Source: Octopus sinensis
Lineage: Eukaryota
Direction of reading: 5' to 3'
DNA length: 64,000 nucleotides
Assembly: GCF_006345805.1 (NCBI RefSeq)
Contig: NC_043010.1
Coordinates: forward strand, 20,150,001 to 20,214,000
A model generated the notes under the pieces. It did no database searches, was not told the origin of the DNA, and worked only from the letters and a program-made list of their open reading frames with translations. The position numbers and the translations under genes are program-made. The number at the start of each line of letters is the position of its first letter. The stretch's first letter is position 1. This document shows, piece after piece, positions 1 to 12,619 of the stretch.

Positions 1-2500
1 GTAGAAAATTTATTGCAGTTGAGGAGGTTGGCTTTTTATATTTACAAATTTCTGGCCACTTAGAGAAACTATCTACTACCACTAAGCAGTATGAACTGTT
101 TAAGGGATCAGCAAAATCGATGTGTAGTCTCGAACACAGAATGTCTAATTTGGCTATCTATGCATTAAAGCTTTCATCCTCAGCATACCAGGATATCCAA
201 CAGGTAATTTCAGTGTTTCAGGTATTGCTATTCTCTGTGCATACATCAACATGCCATCACAAATTGCGTATAGGTTCATGTCTTGGTTTCATTTTGCACC
301 AGTCCTGCTCCTATTTACTTCTCCTCACCACAGTATTCTTTTAATTTCTGTTATTTGTCCTTTACTGCATTTTGTTTTATGTCTTCTAGGGCTACCAGTA
401 ATTCATGTACCACATTCCACTTTTTATTTCTCCTTTTGATCTTAAAGCTGTGATTGCTGTATCTTCAAATGGCTTGCAGTGTTTCGGTATCGGTCTGGAC
501 AAACCATCCATATGCCCTAGTTTTTTTTATGGTAAATATTCCATTTTGTAGTCACAATTCAATAATGTAGTGCCCCATCGCTGTAGTCTATTTGCTGTGT
601 GTGTAGGCATTCCCTTTTTAGACCCATATATTAACAGTAATGGGCGATGATCCTTTTGTAGATAGAAACTTTTTCCATGAATAAATCTATGGAATTTTTT
701 CACACCAAATATTATTGCTAATGCTTCCTTTTCTATCTGGCTAAAGTTCCTTTCAGCTGGTAATAATGATTGTGATACCTGAGCTATAACCTTTTTACTC
801 CCATTGCCATATTTGTGCAGAAGCATGGCTCCTACACTGTAATCACTTGCATCTCTGTAGCCAATATAATATCCAACTTCAGACGAAAATGCATTAATGA
901 TAAGTTCAATGTTAAAACATTTTTTAATTTGTCAAATGCCTCATTGCACTTATCAGTCCAGCACCATTTTGCATTTTTCTTTAGCAAATCATTTAGCGGG
1001 GCCTTTACGTTGTGTATATTGGGAATGTAAATTTGGTAGTAATTTACTAAACCCAAGAATACTTGTAGCAGAGTCACATTATTCGGTGTGGGCATATTTT
1101 TCATCGCAGTTACTTTGGATGGATCTGGTTTCTGTCCATTTTTATCCATTATCTGGCCCAAATATTTAATTTTCTTCTGAAAGAACTTGTATTTTACTTC
1201 ACTTATCTTGAAGCTGCATTCTCTTATTGTTTCAGATACCCTTTTAGCATGTTCTACATGTTCATTTGGTTTGCTTTTTATTAGGATATCCTCTAAAGAA
1301 ACAATAGCAAAATCACAGTCACCCAGCATTGTAACCATTACTTGCGGAAATATGGAAGGAGCCACTTTTACACTAAAGGGAAGCCACTTAAATTTAAATA
1401 AGCCAGAGTGTGTATTAATGGCCAATAAGTGTGAGTATCCTTCTACTTTGATTTGTAGACCTGCCTTTGAGAGGTCTAATTTTGAGAAGTTCCCTCTATT
1501 CAATTTTGTGAATACTTGCTCAGGACTCAGCAATGGGTAATTATGTGAGATTAAGCAATCATTTAACCCCATTGAAAAATCTGCACAAACTCTTAACTTA
1601 TTATTTTCTTTTTCACGTAGACCGTAGGTACTATCCAATCTGAGTGGTCCATCTTCTTAATTATTCCTAGGCTTTCAAGTCTTTCAAATTCCTTATTTTC
1701 CTGTTCTAGCACTGCAAACGGTACATTCCATTTTGGCTTAAATACAGGTGTTTCACTTTGTATTACTGCAATTTTTGCCTTCATTTTCGTGCAGCAGCCC
1801 AGTTCATCTGAGAAAACCTCTGGAAATAAATGTTTTATTTTTCATTTCAGCTGCATTTGAACCTTCGACTGAACTGACTATATTCCCCACAAAACGCTTA
1901 TGGGCATATCCCACAATTTGAACAGTTCCATCCACTCTATGCCGAATAGATTCACTGAATTTTTTAACACGTATACTACTTTTGCTGTTTTCATTTGGTC
2001 ACAAACTGTCACATTACACACAAATTTACCTACAAAATACAGTCTTTTACCTATAACACTGTGCTAATTTTGTAGATTTTCTTAATTTCGGCTTACCAAT
2101 ATACTTCCAAGTATATTTATTTCTCAAGGGTGATACCACTTCCAGTATGTAACTGCATTTTTACTTTTTTTACATTTATGAATTTCCTCTTTGTCACATT
2201 ACCATTTTCTTTCGACAACATCTTGTTTACTCTTTTTTCTTTGTTCCATAGTTTTGTCATCTTAGTTTTACTGTGTGCTTTTATGTGTCCAATTTTTCCA
2301 CAATGGAAATGGTCCATTTTCTTAAATGAGCAGTTTTTTCTCAGGTGTAGACCTCCAATGCAAAACACAGGTTTTGCATTGGAGGTCTACACCTTTCTAT
2401 TCTGCCAGTTTTGCGCTTGTTTCATTTGGGAGCAATCTTTGTTCAATTTTCTCTGTGTTGTGTCTTAAATTTACTATTCTTTCACAATCTTCTGAGAATT
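1..2500 (-). mobile_element. Decayed Ty3/Gypsy LTR retrotransposon internal region (gag zinc knuckle, protease, RT, RNase H, integrase)
   Basis: Minus-strand fragments in Gypsy order: knuckle HCGKIGHIKAH and protease-like MQLHTGSGIT (2117-2368); RT motifs LRVCADFS, FSKLDLS, LPFSVKVAPSIF and SLEDILI (832-1784); RNase H ERNFSQIEKEALAIIFGVKKFH (527-826); integrase RLHIDFADPLNSSYCLVVVDSFSKWPE (1-135). Many frameshifts and stops. Confidence 0.93.
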
Positions 2501-2600
2501 NNNNNNNNNNNNNNNNNNNNNNNNNNNNNNNNNNNNNNNNNNNNNNNNNNNNNNNNNNNNNNNNNNNNNNNNNNNNNNNNNNNNNNNNNNNNNNNNNNNN
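2501..2600. other. Assembly gap (100 N)
   Basis: Run of 100 N. Confidence 1.
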
Positions 2601-2708
2601 AAAGCTGTTACTTGGAGTTTCACGTTCCTGTTCGTCGGACAGTTTTATTAAAAATCTTTAACAAAACTGTCTGACGAACAGGAACGTGAAACTCCGAGTA
2701 ACAGCTTT
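2601..2708. repeat. Near-perfect ~108-bp hairpin (fold-back insert) next to the gap
   Basis: aaagctgttacttggagtttcacgttcctgttcgtcggacagtttt is the reverse complement of aaaactgtctgacgaacaggaacgtgaaactccgagtaacagcttt with 2 mismatches. A short tail and (TA)n follow. Confidence 0.92.
2667..2704 (+). ncRNA. Minimal type I hammerhead ribozyme motif
   Basis: ctgt CUGACGA ac-aggaac-gt GAAA cuc-c-gag UA acag. Stem I is ctgt/acag, the core is intact, stem III is near-palindromic, and the cleavage triplet is GUA. Confidence 0.75.
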
Positions 2709-2745
2709 TGTTACATTTCTGCTGCTTTTAAATAATAATAAAAAA

Positions 2746-2779
<34 letters not shown>

Positions 2780-2783
<4 letters not shown>

Positions 2784-5761
2784 GTTCCTGAGAGACTTTG
2801 TCGCATGCAATCAAGCCTTATGCATAGCACTCACAGAAACGCATCTGAAACCGGACATAGCAGATGCGGAATTACACATACCACAGTATGTTGTACTACG
2901 GACTGTCAGGAAAGAAAGAAGTCATGGAGGAGTTGCTATGTACATCCGTGGGGACCTCACACCCCAGGTCCTTTTGTCATACTGAAACTCGGTGTGTGAC
3001 ACACTAATTGTACACATAAGGCAACTTGATGTAGTTGTGTGTGCTACATATCGCCCTCCAGATGCCCCAAGTCATATGGGCAAGTTTGAGGACTGCCTTT
3101 TAAAAATAGAAGAAGTTCTAACCACATTAGAACAACACATAAGTGTACTTCTCATGGGAGACTTCAACCTACCCAATGTCAGATGGCCCGAGGGCCTTTC
3201 TCTCCCAGGAATGACAAGATGTGAACGAGGACAGGCGAGGTCCCTCCTGAACCTCACCAACACCCTGTACATGGAGCAAGTAATACTCCAACCAACCAGA
3301 GTGGGTAACACACTGGATCTCTGCTTCACAAATAATATGGATCTCATCCATAATGTGAAAGTGACACCGACACTACTCTCGGATCACAACATGGTAGAGC
3401 TGACCATGTACGGGCCAAAAGAGAGCACGGACATGCAGCCTACAAGAAACCCTCAGAATCTTTCCAGCTTGAACTTCAATAAGGCAAACTGGAAACAAAT
3501 TGAGAAAGAGATCCTCAAACAAAACTGGCCTGAATGTCTCTCCTCGCCGGACATCGACATGATACTTCAACAATTCATGTCCGTAATGCAAGCCATATGC
3601 TACAAATGTGTCCCAGAGAGAAAGGCCACTGTACACAAGAACAAAATCCCCAGAGAGAGAAAAATTTTAATGAGACGGCGCACAAAAATCTCAAATCGCC
3701 TAAACAAACAAATTGAAAGCAGTGAAAAGTCCCGCCTGAAAATAAAACTGTTGGAAATTGAAAATTGTCTGCAACTCTCCCATGAGAAGGAAAGAGCAGA
3801 CAAAGAAGCCTGGGCTATAGACAACATAAAAACTAACCCCAGAGCTTTCTACAGGTATGCCAAAGAAACAGCTACGGTGCACTGTAGGATAGGGCCACTC
3901 CTTGAAAAGGATGGCACACTCACAGGAAAACCAATGAGGGTAAGTGAAATACTGAATGAACAATTCAAGAGTGTTTTCACTCCACCCTTTGGGCATTTCC
4001 AAATCAGCAATCCAACTGACTTTTTTACCACTGCAGATATAGAATCAGAGGCGGCGACGTTAAATTACATCGATATAAAGGAAGACGATGTAATAAAGGC
4101 TATAGATGAAATGAAAATAGACTCAGGTATTGGCAATCCTCCTAAAAGTATGTAAGAGAGTCTTAGCAAGACCACTGCAGTTCCTCTTTCAGAGCTTCCT
4201 TGCAGCTGGCAAACTTCCAAGAAAACTGAAGGAAGGTAAAATATGCCCTATTCATAAAGGAGGTAGCAGAGCGGAGGCCAAGAACTACAGACCTATCTCT
4301 CTGACCTCACACATCAGCAAGGTCATGGAACGAATAGTCAGAAGGAAACTAATCACCTTCCTTGAAGAAAATGACTTGCTGCCTGACACCCAACATGGTT
4401 TCCGACCAGGAAGAAGCTGCTTAACTCAGCTCCTGCAGCACTATGACTGGGTGCTGAAACAACTGCTCAACCACTCAAATGTGGAAGTGATATATCTCGA
4501 CTTCGCAAAGGCCTTCGATAAAGTCGATCATGGAATGATATGTCACAAGCTGCGTGATCTTGGCATAGTTGGAAAACTAGGAGAATGGCTTCACGACTTT
4601 CTGAAGAATAGAAGTCAGGTGGTAGTAGCCAATGGGGCCACTTCCATTAGCACGCAAATAGTGAGCGGTGTTCCACAGGGCACTGTTTTGGGACCACTAC
4701 TGTTCATAATGGCCCTCTCAGACATGCCCTCAGCCACGCGGAGAGCCACGATCACAAGTTATGCAGATGATACAAAAGTTTCACAGGCAATACAGAAACC
4801 TGAAGACACTAGGCACCTGCAATATGAGCTGGACGAAATATACAAGTGGGCTGAAAAGAATAGCATGCAGTTCAATGCTGGAAAGTTTCAAGCTTTATAC
4901 TATCAGCATGCAAAACTGAATGCAATACCCAAGGAATACACTGGACCCGGAGGGATTGCAATCCCAGAGGCACAATCAGTGCGTGACCTGGGTATTCACA
5001 TGAGTGATGACGCGACCTTTCATGTACATGTTGCTAAACTGACAATGAAATGCAGACGGCTGGCTGGATGGATTCTTAGAACCTTTAGAACAAGAGAACA
5101 AGAAACCATGATGGTCCTCTGGAAGACACTTGTCCTAAGTCACTTTGACTATTGCTCTCAGCTATGGTCACCATCCAGTGTCAAGTTGATCACAGAACTT
5201 GAGGCGATCCAACGAAGCTACACGAAGAAGATAGCCTCTATGCAGAATGTAAGCTACTGGGAAAGACTCAAGAGATTAAAATTATATTCCCTGGAGCGTA
5301 GGCGGGAAAGATATGCCATAATATACATCTGGAAGATCCTGGAGGGAAGTGTCCTGAACTTTGGCATCGAGAGTTACGCAAACGCCAGAACTGGGCGCCA
5401 CTGCGTGTTGCCTAGGACTCCAAACTTGCCATCAAGATGTAGGACAAGATTCTGTGATAGCCTGGGCTTCCGAGGCCCCAGCTCTTCAATATCCTCCGAT
5501 GAACCTGAGAGACCTGCATGGGGTGGATACAGGTGTCTTTAAAATGGAGCTGGATCTCTTCCTGTCAGGTGTCCCAGATGAACCAACTTCACGGCAGGAG
5601 GGGCAGATGAGGGCAGCTGCATCGAACTCTCTCATGCACCAAATAGCAGTTGCTAGAAAGCCTCCATGAAGTGAAACCAAGTAGCAACACCAAATGGCGG
5701 TGCCCCAGCATGGCCACAGCTCGTGAGCTGAAACTGGAATCAATCAATCAATCAATCAATC
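2780..5761 (+). mobile_element. 5'-truncated non-LTR retrotransposon (CR1/L2 group): APE endonuclease plus RT, with (AATC)n tail
   Basis: APE motifs IALTETHL, HGGVAMY, YRPP, LMGDFNLP, TLDLCFTN and SDHN. RT motifs NYRPISLTS, QHGFRPGRSC, YLDFAKAFDKVDH, SGVPQGTVLGP and YADD. In-frame stop at 2983 and frameshifts near 4130 and 5480. 3' stem-loop then an aatc repeat (5738-5761). Confidence 0.95.
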
Positions 5762-6362
5762 ATATAGAACAAGAAGCTTGAGAAGTATTTTGCCCAGATT
5801 GATAATCCATATTAAATAACATCTTATTCTGATTTCTTAAGCTCCTTGTTAATATAAAAACATCAGGCTGACAAAAGGTTTTCTGATTGGTACAGAACTC
5901 CAGGTAATCCAAAGACCAGATCTGAAGTCGAAGTTCATCACCAGTTGACTTTGTAAATCCACTGTTGTATTCCCCAGTTCATATGATGTTTTCACTAAGT
6001 GATATTTACAAAAGAACGGAATACATCTTTTATTTATTTGTGTCTCTAGGGCTTACAACTGCTTCTGATATGCATTATAGGTGTGTTCAAGGTTCTGTTT
6101 AGTCAATCAAAAGAAGCTAAATGACCTAAAGAAATATGAGTCCATGCTGGGAGTAGCAAATGTAATGGAGACATGGGAGGGGAAAAGAAAAGAGAAAGGA
6201 AAAAACAATAGGAGATAAAAAGCAGAAGAGAGAGAGAACAGGAAATGAAGGGAGTGAGTGGGATAGAAGCTTGTCACTATTATGTCTATTAGGAAATAGG
6301 TCAAGCAATCTGCCTAGGCTGTTGTTAGCAAGGAGGCATAGCATCAACAAGCCTTGGTAAAA

Positions 6363-6700
6363 GTGCATGGCTCAGTGGTTAGAGTGTTGTGATCACAACC
6401 ATGAGATAGTGGGTTCGATTCATAGAACAGGCTGTGTATTGTGTTCTTGAGCAAGACACTTTACTTCACGTTGCTCCAGTTCAGTCATCTGTAGAAATGA
6501 GTTGCGATGTCACTGGCGCCAAGCTCTATTGGCCCCTTTGTCTTTCCCTTGGATAACATTGGGGGCGTGGAGAGGGGAGGCTGGTATGCATGGGTGACTG
6601 CTGGTCATCCATGAACAGCCTTGTCTGGCCTTGTGCCTCGGAGGGGAACTTTCTAGGTGCAATCCCATGGTCATTCATGACCAAAGTGGGCCTTTACCCT
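6363..6700 (+). mobile_element. tRNA-derived SINE
   Basis: A box tggctcagtgg and B box ggttcgattca, followed by a ttgtgttcttgagcaagacactt core. A related copy lies at ~52448-52770. Confidence 0.75.
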
Positions 6701-7036
6701 AAGGTATTGAACTTTGATACTTGCCGCCTTCTCCAGTGGTCAATTTACAGTTAAATCTTATGGAGGCCTTTTCTAGTTGGATTACCGCTGCATTATAGTT
6801 ATTCAAGCATGTTCTTTAGGACGGACTTGATTTCCCTAGTTATTCAAAGTTTGGGATGTTTAAAAGAAAAATAAAAGAAGACAGCTCAAATTACATATGA
6901 GTTAATATGAAAAATAAATGAGTGGAAATTAAACTGGTGAGTGTGTTAGATATTAAGGCAGTATGACCCTCCCCAGATGCAACAACATGGTAAAAATTAG
7001 AGAGATTAGAAGTTTAAAAAATTGAACCCCAAAATA

Positions 7037-7254
7037 TTAGGTTGGTGCATAATTATTGCGGCTTTATTTCAATAAATTTTATTCAACAAAAAACTTAAAC
7101 AAAATGCTAATTTAAACAAAACGCCAAACAGAAATTGAGGTAGATGGTGAATATGCTCCGGAAATATCATTTAAAGATGATTTTGTTACATGTTGTTATT
7201 TTTGTTGAATAAAATTTATTGATAAAAAGCCACAATAATTATGCACCAACCTAA
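7037..7254. mobile_element. Mariner-type MITE
   Basis: TIRs ttaggttggtgcataattattgcggc...gccacaataattatgcaccaacctaa with TA on both sides. Confidence 0.9.
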
Positions 7255-7734
7255 TAAAAGGATAATTATAATAAAATGCGAAAATAAATATAAAAGAATA
7301 CCAAAGCAAAAACTAAAATAAAGAATGGTAAGATAAATAACAAGCAGTAAACAAATAGGATACAAAGAGTTAAGTAAACAGGGTGAAATACTGTTGACTT
7401 TGGGACATATTCAAATAGGTTGGTTTACAATAAAGAACATGAACCCGAACGCTGCAGAGGAACAAAAGTAAATGCAGCTGTATACAAGTATGATTGACAT
7501 GTGCAAATATACAACAATGCAGAAAATAGGAAACAAAATGAAAAACAACAAAAAAAAACACACAAAATTTAAAGTAGAGTGAGAAGTAAAAATTAAGCAT
7601 TTAATCATTATTACCAAAGAAAGAATGTGTCAAGAAAAAAAGAAATAAAACAAGATGTCTTCTTTATTTGTTCTTTCTGACTATCTGACCACGTGCTGTC
7701 AATAATGACGGCTAAATGTAGTATTTTATATATA

Positions 7735-8103
7735 AATGAGAGCGCTCAGAGAGTGCAAACCTCTGCCAAGGCAACACTAACGTCCTCTCAATTATTAAAC
7801 AGAGACGGTTTTTAAAATGAGAATGTCTGAAATAAACTCGACTGCTCTCACAAACGAGAATAATAAGAATGAACCTAACTGCTCAAAAATTAAATAAAAG
7901 AACAGGAAAAATAATCCAGAATCTTTGTCCACTACCAGATTGATCCCAAAGTCTAATCAGTTTGTGCCAGTCATAAGTCCAAACATCCCTGAAAGTTTCA
8001 TCTGAATCCATCCAGCGGTTCTTGAGATATCTTGTCCACAGACAAACAACCAAACAAACATGACTGGACTCAATACCTCCGCCTTCATGAAGGCGGAGCT
8101 AAC
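7735..8103. mobile_element. Probable Helentron-associated (DINE-1-like) non-autonomous element
   Basis: Terminal hairpin ctccgccttc-at-gaaggcggag (8077-8098), a related motif aacctctgccaaggc near the other end, and a (CAAA)n tract. Confidence 0.55.
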
Positions 8104-8194
8104 TAGAGAATAACAAAATAAAACCATCAGAATAAAATGACATAGAAGGTAATTAAGTACAAAAACAAATATTATAATATAATTGCAATCCTCC

Positions 8195-8580
8195 CATTGT
8201 CCACGGTGCCAAGGGCACCATCCGAGCGTGATTGTTGCCAGAGTGCCTAACTAGCTTCCGTGCCGGTGGCATATAAAAGGGCACTATTTGAGTGTGATTG
8301 TTACCAGCGTTGCGTTACTGGCACTTGTGCTGGTGGCGTGTGTAAAAAGATTCAAGTGAGGTCATTGCCAGTATCACCTGACTAGCCCCAAGCCGGTGGC
8401 ACGTAAAATGCACCCACTACACTCTCCGAGTGGTTGGCATTAGGAAGGGCATCCAGCTGTAGAAACTCTGCCAGATCAAGATTGGAGCCTGGTGCAGCCA
8501 TCTGGTTCACCAGCTCTCAGTCAAAATCGTCCAACCCATGCTAGCATGGAAAGCGGACGTTAAACGATGATGATGATGAT
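8195..8580 (+). mobile_element. SINE/LINE-tail family B (RTE-like 3' end, (GAT)n tail), representative copy
   Basis: ggtggcacgtaaaa...gagtggttggcattaggaagggcatccagctgtagaaac...aacccatgctagcatggaaagcggacgttaaacgatgatgat. Other copies near 21455(+), 23845(-), 27535(+), 34935(+), 37385(-), 37880(+), 38630(-), 51895(+), 54780(+), 56600(+) and 61840(+). Confidence 0.8.
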
Positions 8581-8581
8581 A

Positions 8582-10977
8582 CAGGGGTAGGACAAAGTAA
8601 TGGAAACACCTAGCATCATAGCATCATAATTTTGAAATATCAATAAAACTGTCAAAAGCTTGTTTAATTTTTTGTTTTTTGGTTTATTATTAGTGTTGCT
8701 TAATATGTTTTGCTAAAATTGCTGTTTCTTTTCAGATATCATCAGAAAAAGGTCATTAAAATGATAGATCTATCGGACTTTTAAAGAGGTCAAATTGTTG
8801 GTGCTCGTATGGCAGGTGCTAGCATAACGAAAACAACCGAAATGTTTGGGGTATCAAGAAGACTGTCTTTAAAGTAATGACAGCCTTTAAGAAAGACAGT
8901 AAAAACCTTGTTGAAACAAAACTTCAGAAGAATACCAAAACTTTCAGATAGGGACCGTCGGACTCTAACGTGAATTGTTAGAAAGGAACACAAAAGTGCA
9001 GCTCCCAAAATTACTGCAGGGCTTAATGACCACCTCGAGAACCCAGTTTCCACAAAAACTGTTCGCCAGGAGCTGCATAAAGCCGGATTTCACAGGAGGG
9101 CTGCAACCAAAAAACCACTACTTTCAAAAACAAATGTTGTAAAGCATTTAGAGAGGAGTAAAAACTACAGAATTAGTCCCTAGCCCCTTCGTTACTTAGC
9201 CAGCCGAGAGTACCCATTGTTATTTAAATGTCAATTTAAGCACAAATCTCGTTAGTACATTTGTGAAAATATGTGATTTCACTTTGTAAATAGTTGGGTT
9301 ATAGTATCCGACATTGCTTGACGTGATATCCGAACTCAGTGAATTTTGGGAGGTTTTTTTCCACATTTTTTCGGCATCAATTTTTCTTCAACTTTGAAAA
9401 TGGATAGGAGTTTCATGTTGTCAAGCATTGATTCCGAATTTAAAGCTTTTTCAATGGAAAATATGGAGATATTGAGAAAAAGAATGAATGAGGTACAAAA
9501 GTACGTGGTGTATAATAATGAATGGGATATTTCTGTATCCGAAACTGAAAGCAGTGATTCCAAAGAAACAAAGCGGCGATAGTGACAGAAAAGATGATTT
9601 TACATCGGAATGAAGTAAAAACTTGAAAAATATTTTTATTAGCAATTTTTTTGAGGAGATAGAGTTTATCTATAGTCTTTCTTAGGAAGCGAAACCTTTA
9701 GACTTTTATTTTTTTCAGTATGCTTGTTTGAAGCGATCACTGGTGAAGCAAATACTGGGTACTGCTCTGGATTAGTTTTTTATACAGGGAAAATAATGTT
9801 AGTCAGCATGGCCTAGGGTACGATGTGGTCTGGAATTTATAACTTCCATACCATAACCAGGGCCGTATATTATTTTTTGACCGATTTCTTTAGTTCGGTC
9901 AAACTTGCGGTGGATTTAGGTGGATTCCAGTATTTCAGTTTATTCCACCTTTATGGTACACCTGTTGTGCATTAAATTCAACTGATGATCTAGTGATGTG
10001 CACAATTCTTTTATATCGAAATTTTGTTGCATACCCATTTGAATATTATCTGATGATTCATTTTCTATGGTGATGTTTAAACAAAATTTTAATATTTTTA
10101 CCTTTTGCTCAGTTTACCTGGACTTACCTGTAATTAAGTCACTTTGAAACAAAAGTTATGCAATAGAATTGCTTAAGAACCCCTTCTTTAATTATGTTCC
10201 AAATATTACATTAATATGTTGATAAGTAAAAAAGTGACAGTTGTTTAATGAAACTAGTCTAAATTCATGATTATTTCAGAATTTAATTGAAACTCATGAG
10301 GGGTATATTTTGGTCAGAAATATAGTAACGAAAGGGCTAGAGCAGTGGAAGGATGTCATGTTTTCAGACAAGTCATTGTTTACTTTATTTCCAACCACTG
10401 GCTGAGTATACATGTGGAGACAGCCAAAAGATGCATTTGACTCAGACTGCCTTCTTCCAACTGTTAAACATGGATCTGTGATGATATGGGGGGCTATATC
10501 TTGGAAATTCAATGGTTTCCCTTCATGGGAAAATTACTAGTCAAGACTATTTAAGCATTTTATCAGATCAAATTCATGCTATGGTTGCAGAACTGTTTTT
10601 GGAGGGAAATATAATCTTTCAGGATGATAATGCACCAATTCATAAAGTTGTTACTGAATGGTATGAGGAACATTCTAGAGAAGTTGAACATCTTATCTGG
10701 CCACTACAGTCCCCAGATCTCAATATTATCAAACATTTATGGTGCATTTTAGAAAAACAAGTAAGGAGTCGATATCCTCCACCATCATCACTACAAGAAC
10801 TGGAGACTGTTTTAGCTGAAGAATGGACAAAAATTCCTTTGGAAACAATTCAGACTTTGTATGAGTTCATACCTCGTAGAATTCAAGTTGTAATTACTGC
10901 CAAAGGTGGCCCTACTCCATATTAAAATGAATTTGTTTGAAATTTTAAGGTGTTTCCATAATTTTGTCCAACCCCTG
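8582..10977 (+). mobile_element. Tc1 DNA transposon (decayed), interrupted by a piggyBac-like insertion
   Basis: TIRs caggggtaggacaaagtaatggaaacacct and aggtgtttccataattttgtccaacccctg. Transposase fragment FQDDNAPIH...WPLQSPDLNIIKHLW...AKGGPTPY (10512-10925). Confidence 0.92.
9184..10335 (+). mobile_element. piggyBac-like non-autonomous element nested in the Tc1
   Basis: TIRs cccttcgttact...agtaacgaaggg with ctag on both sides. The Tc1 sequence resumes after 10339. Contains an acidic stretch and a KPLDFYFF-like remnant. Confidence 0.72.
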
Positions 10978-11547
10978 TCTATATATATATATAAAATATA
11001 AATTAGAGATAAAACCACTATGATGCCATTCAAACAGTGATAGACATAAACCAATACATAAATAACGAATAATATATATAATTAATATAATATATAATAT
11101 ATATATATATATATTTTCAAAAATGAATGATAAATATAATATAACAAATTATTATTATATTTATCATTCATTTTATACTTTTTGAAAATATATATATAAA
11201 ATATATATATATATTGAAAATATATATATAAAGTTTTGTGCAATGTTTGGGAGCATATGCATTATGAGCTCATTGACAGTTGGTACCATCTCACTACAGG
11301 CTTCTCTGCCTTCCCACCGACTCTATATGATGATAACTTTCAGAAAATTGGATATTTTTTAATGAAATTTTCTACAAATAATGTTATATCATGTAGATTC
11401 TGAATATACGAAATGTTTTTGGGGAAAATGTTTTAGGAGTAGGTGGGGAGGCTTTTTTTTGGGAAATTCACCGGAGTCCACTTCTATTTGTCTTAACTTT
11501 CAGGAAAATGGATATCTTTTAATGAAATTATCGACAAATATACTTAT

Positions 11548-11960
11548 AGGCACAGGAGTGGCTGTGTGGTAAGTAGCTTGCTTACCAACCACATGGTTCC
11601 CAGTTCAGTCCCACTGTGTGGCATCTTGGACAAGTGTCTTCTACTATAGCCTCGGACCAACCAAAGCCTTGTGAGTGGATTTGGTAGACGGAAACTGAAA
11701 AAAGCCCGTCGTATATATGTATATATATATACTGTATATATGTGTGTGAGTGCATGTATGTTTGTGTCTGTGTTTGTCCCCCCAACATCGCTTGACAACT
11801 GATGCTGGTATGTTTAAGTCCCCGCCACTTAGCAGTTCGGCAAAAGAGACCGATAGAATAAGTACTGGACTTACAAGGAATAAGTCACGGGGTTGATTTG
11901 CTCGACTAAAGGTGGTGCTCCAGCATGGCTGCAGTCAAATGACTGAAACAAGTAAAAGAG
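11548..11960 (+). mobile_element. tRNA-derived SINE family A (internal TA/TG microsatellite, LINE-like tail), representative copy
   Basis: caggagtggctgtgtggtaag...ggttcccagttcagtccc...ggtggtgctccagcatggctgcagtcaaatgactgaaacaagtaaaagag. At least 15 more copies, e.g. 23165-23563(-), 24461-24840(-), 26715-27095(-), 39095-39388(-), 41105-41520(+), 42402-42865(+), 46676-47110(+), 47444-48580(+), 53540-53900(+), 53903-54290(+), 55041-55430(+) and 62028-62375(-). Confidence 0.9.
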
Positions 11961-12619
11961 TATACCTTGGACTATGTAGATTCCAAACATATAGGATTTT
12001 GGGGGAAAACAATTGGGAGTTATTTTTGAGAACTGTTCCCCCCACTGGGAACAGTTTTAATGATATAACACATATTCATAGAAAATGACATTTAAAAATA
12101 TCCATTTTTCTGAAAGTTATCATCATCCAAAGTCAGGGTGGGGGGCGCAATATTTTTTTTAATAAAAAAATATTGCCCCCTCCCCTGAAGTTTGAGCATG
12201 CATTGCGGACACATACACAGACAGGATATTTTATATTAAGAAGATACACATAAGAATAAGCATATTAAAAGGGGTCTGTGGGGAAAACTCATTTAAATAA
12301 AAGGGGTCCTTGGTAGTGAAAAGGTTGGCAGCCACTGGTCTAGTATTATAATTATTGATTTCAAATTTTGTTACAAGGCCAATTTTGGGCGATGGTGTAG
12401 GTGGGGGGTAAGTCAATTACATTGACCCCTGTTTTCAACTGGTAATTGTTTAATTGACTCCAAAAGGATGAAAGGCAAAGTCAACCCTAATGGTATTTGA
12501 ACTCGGAATGCAAAGTCTAAGGAAATGGTTCTAAGCATTTTCCCCAGTGCAGTAACTGTTCTGTCAGCTCACTGCCTCACCTATTATAAAGATTAACTTT
12601 TTGTATATTAATTAATTCA

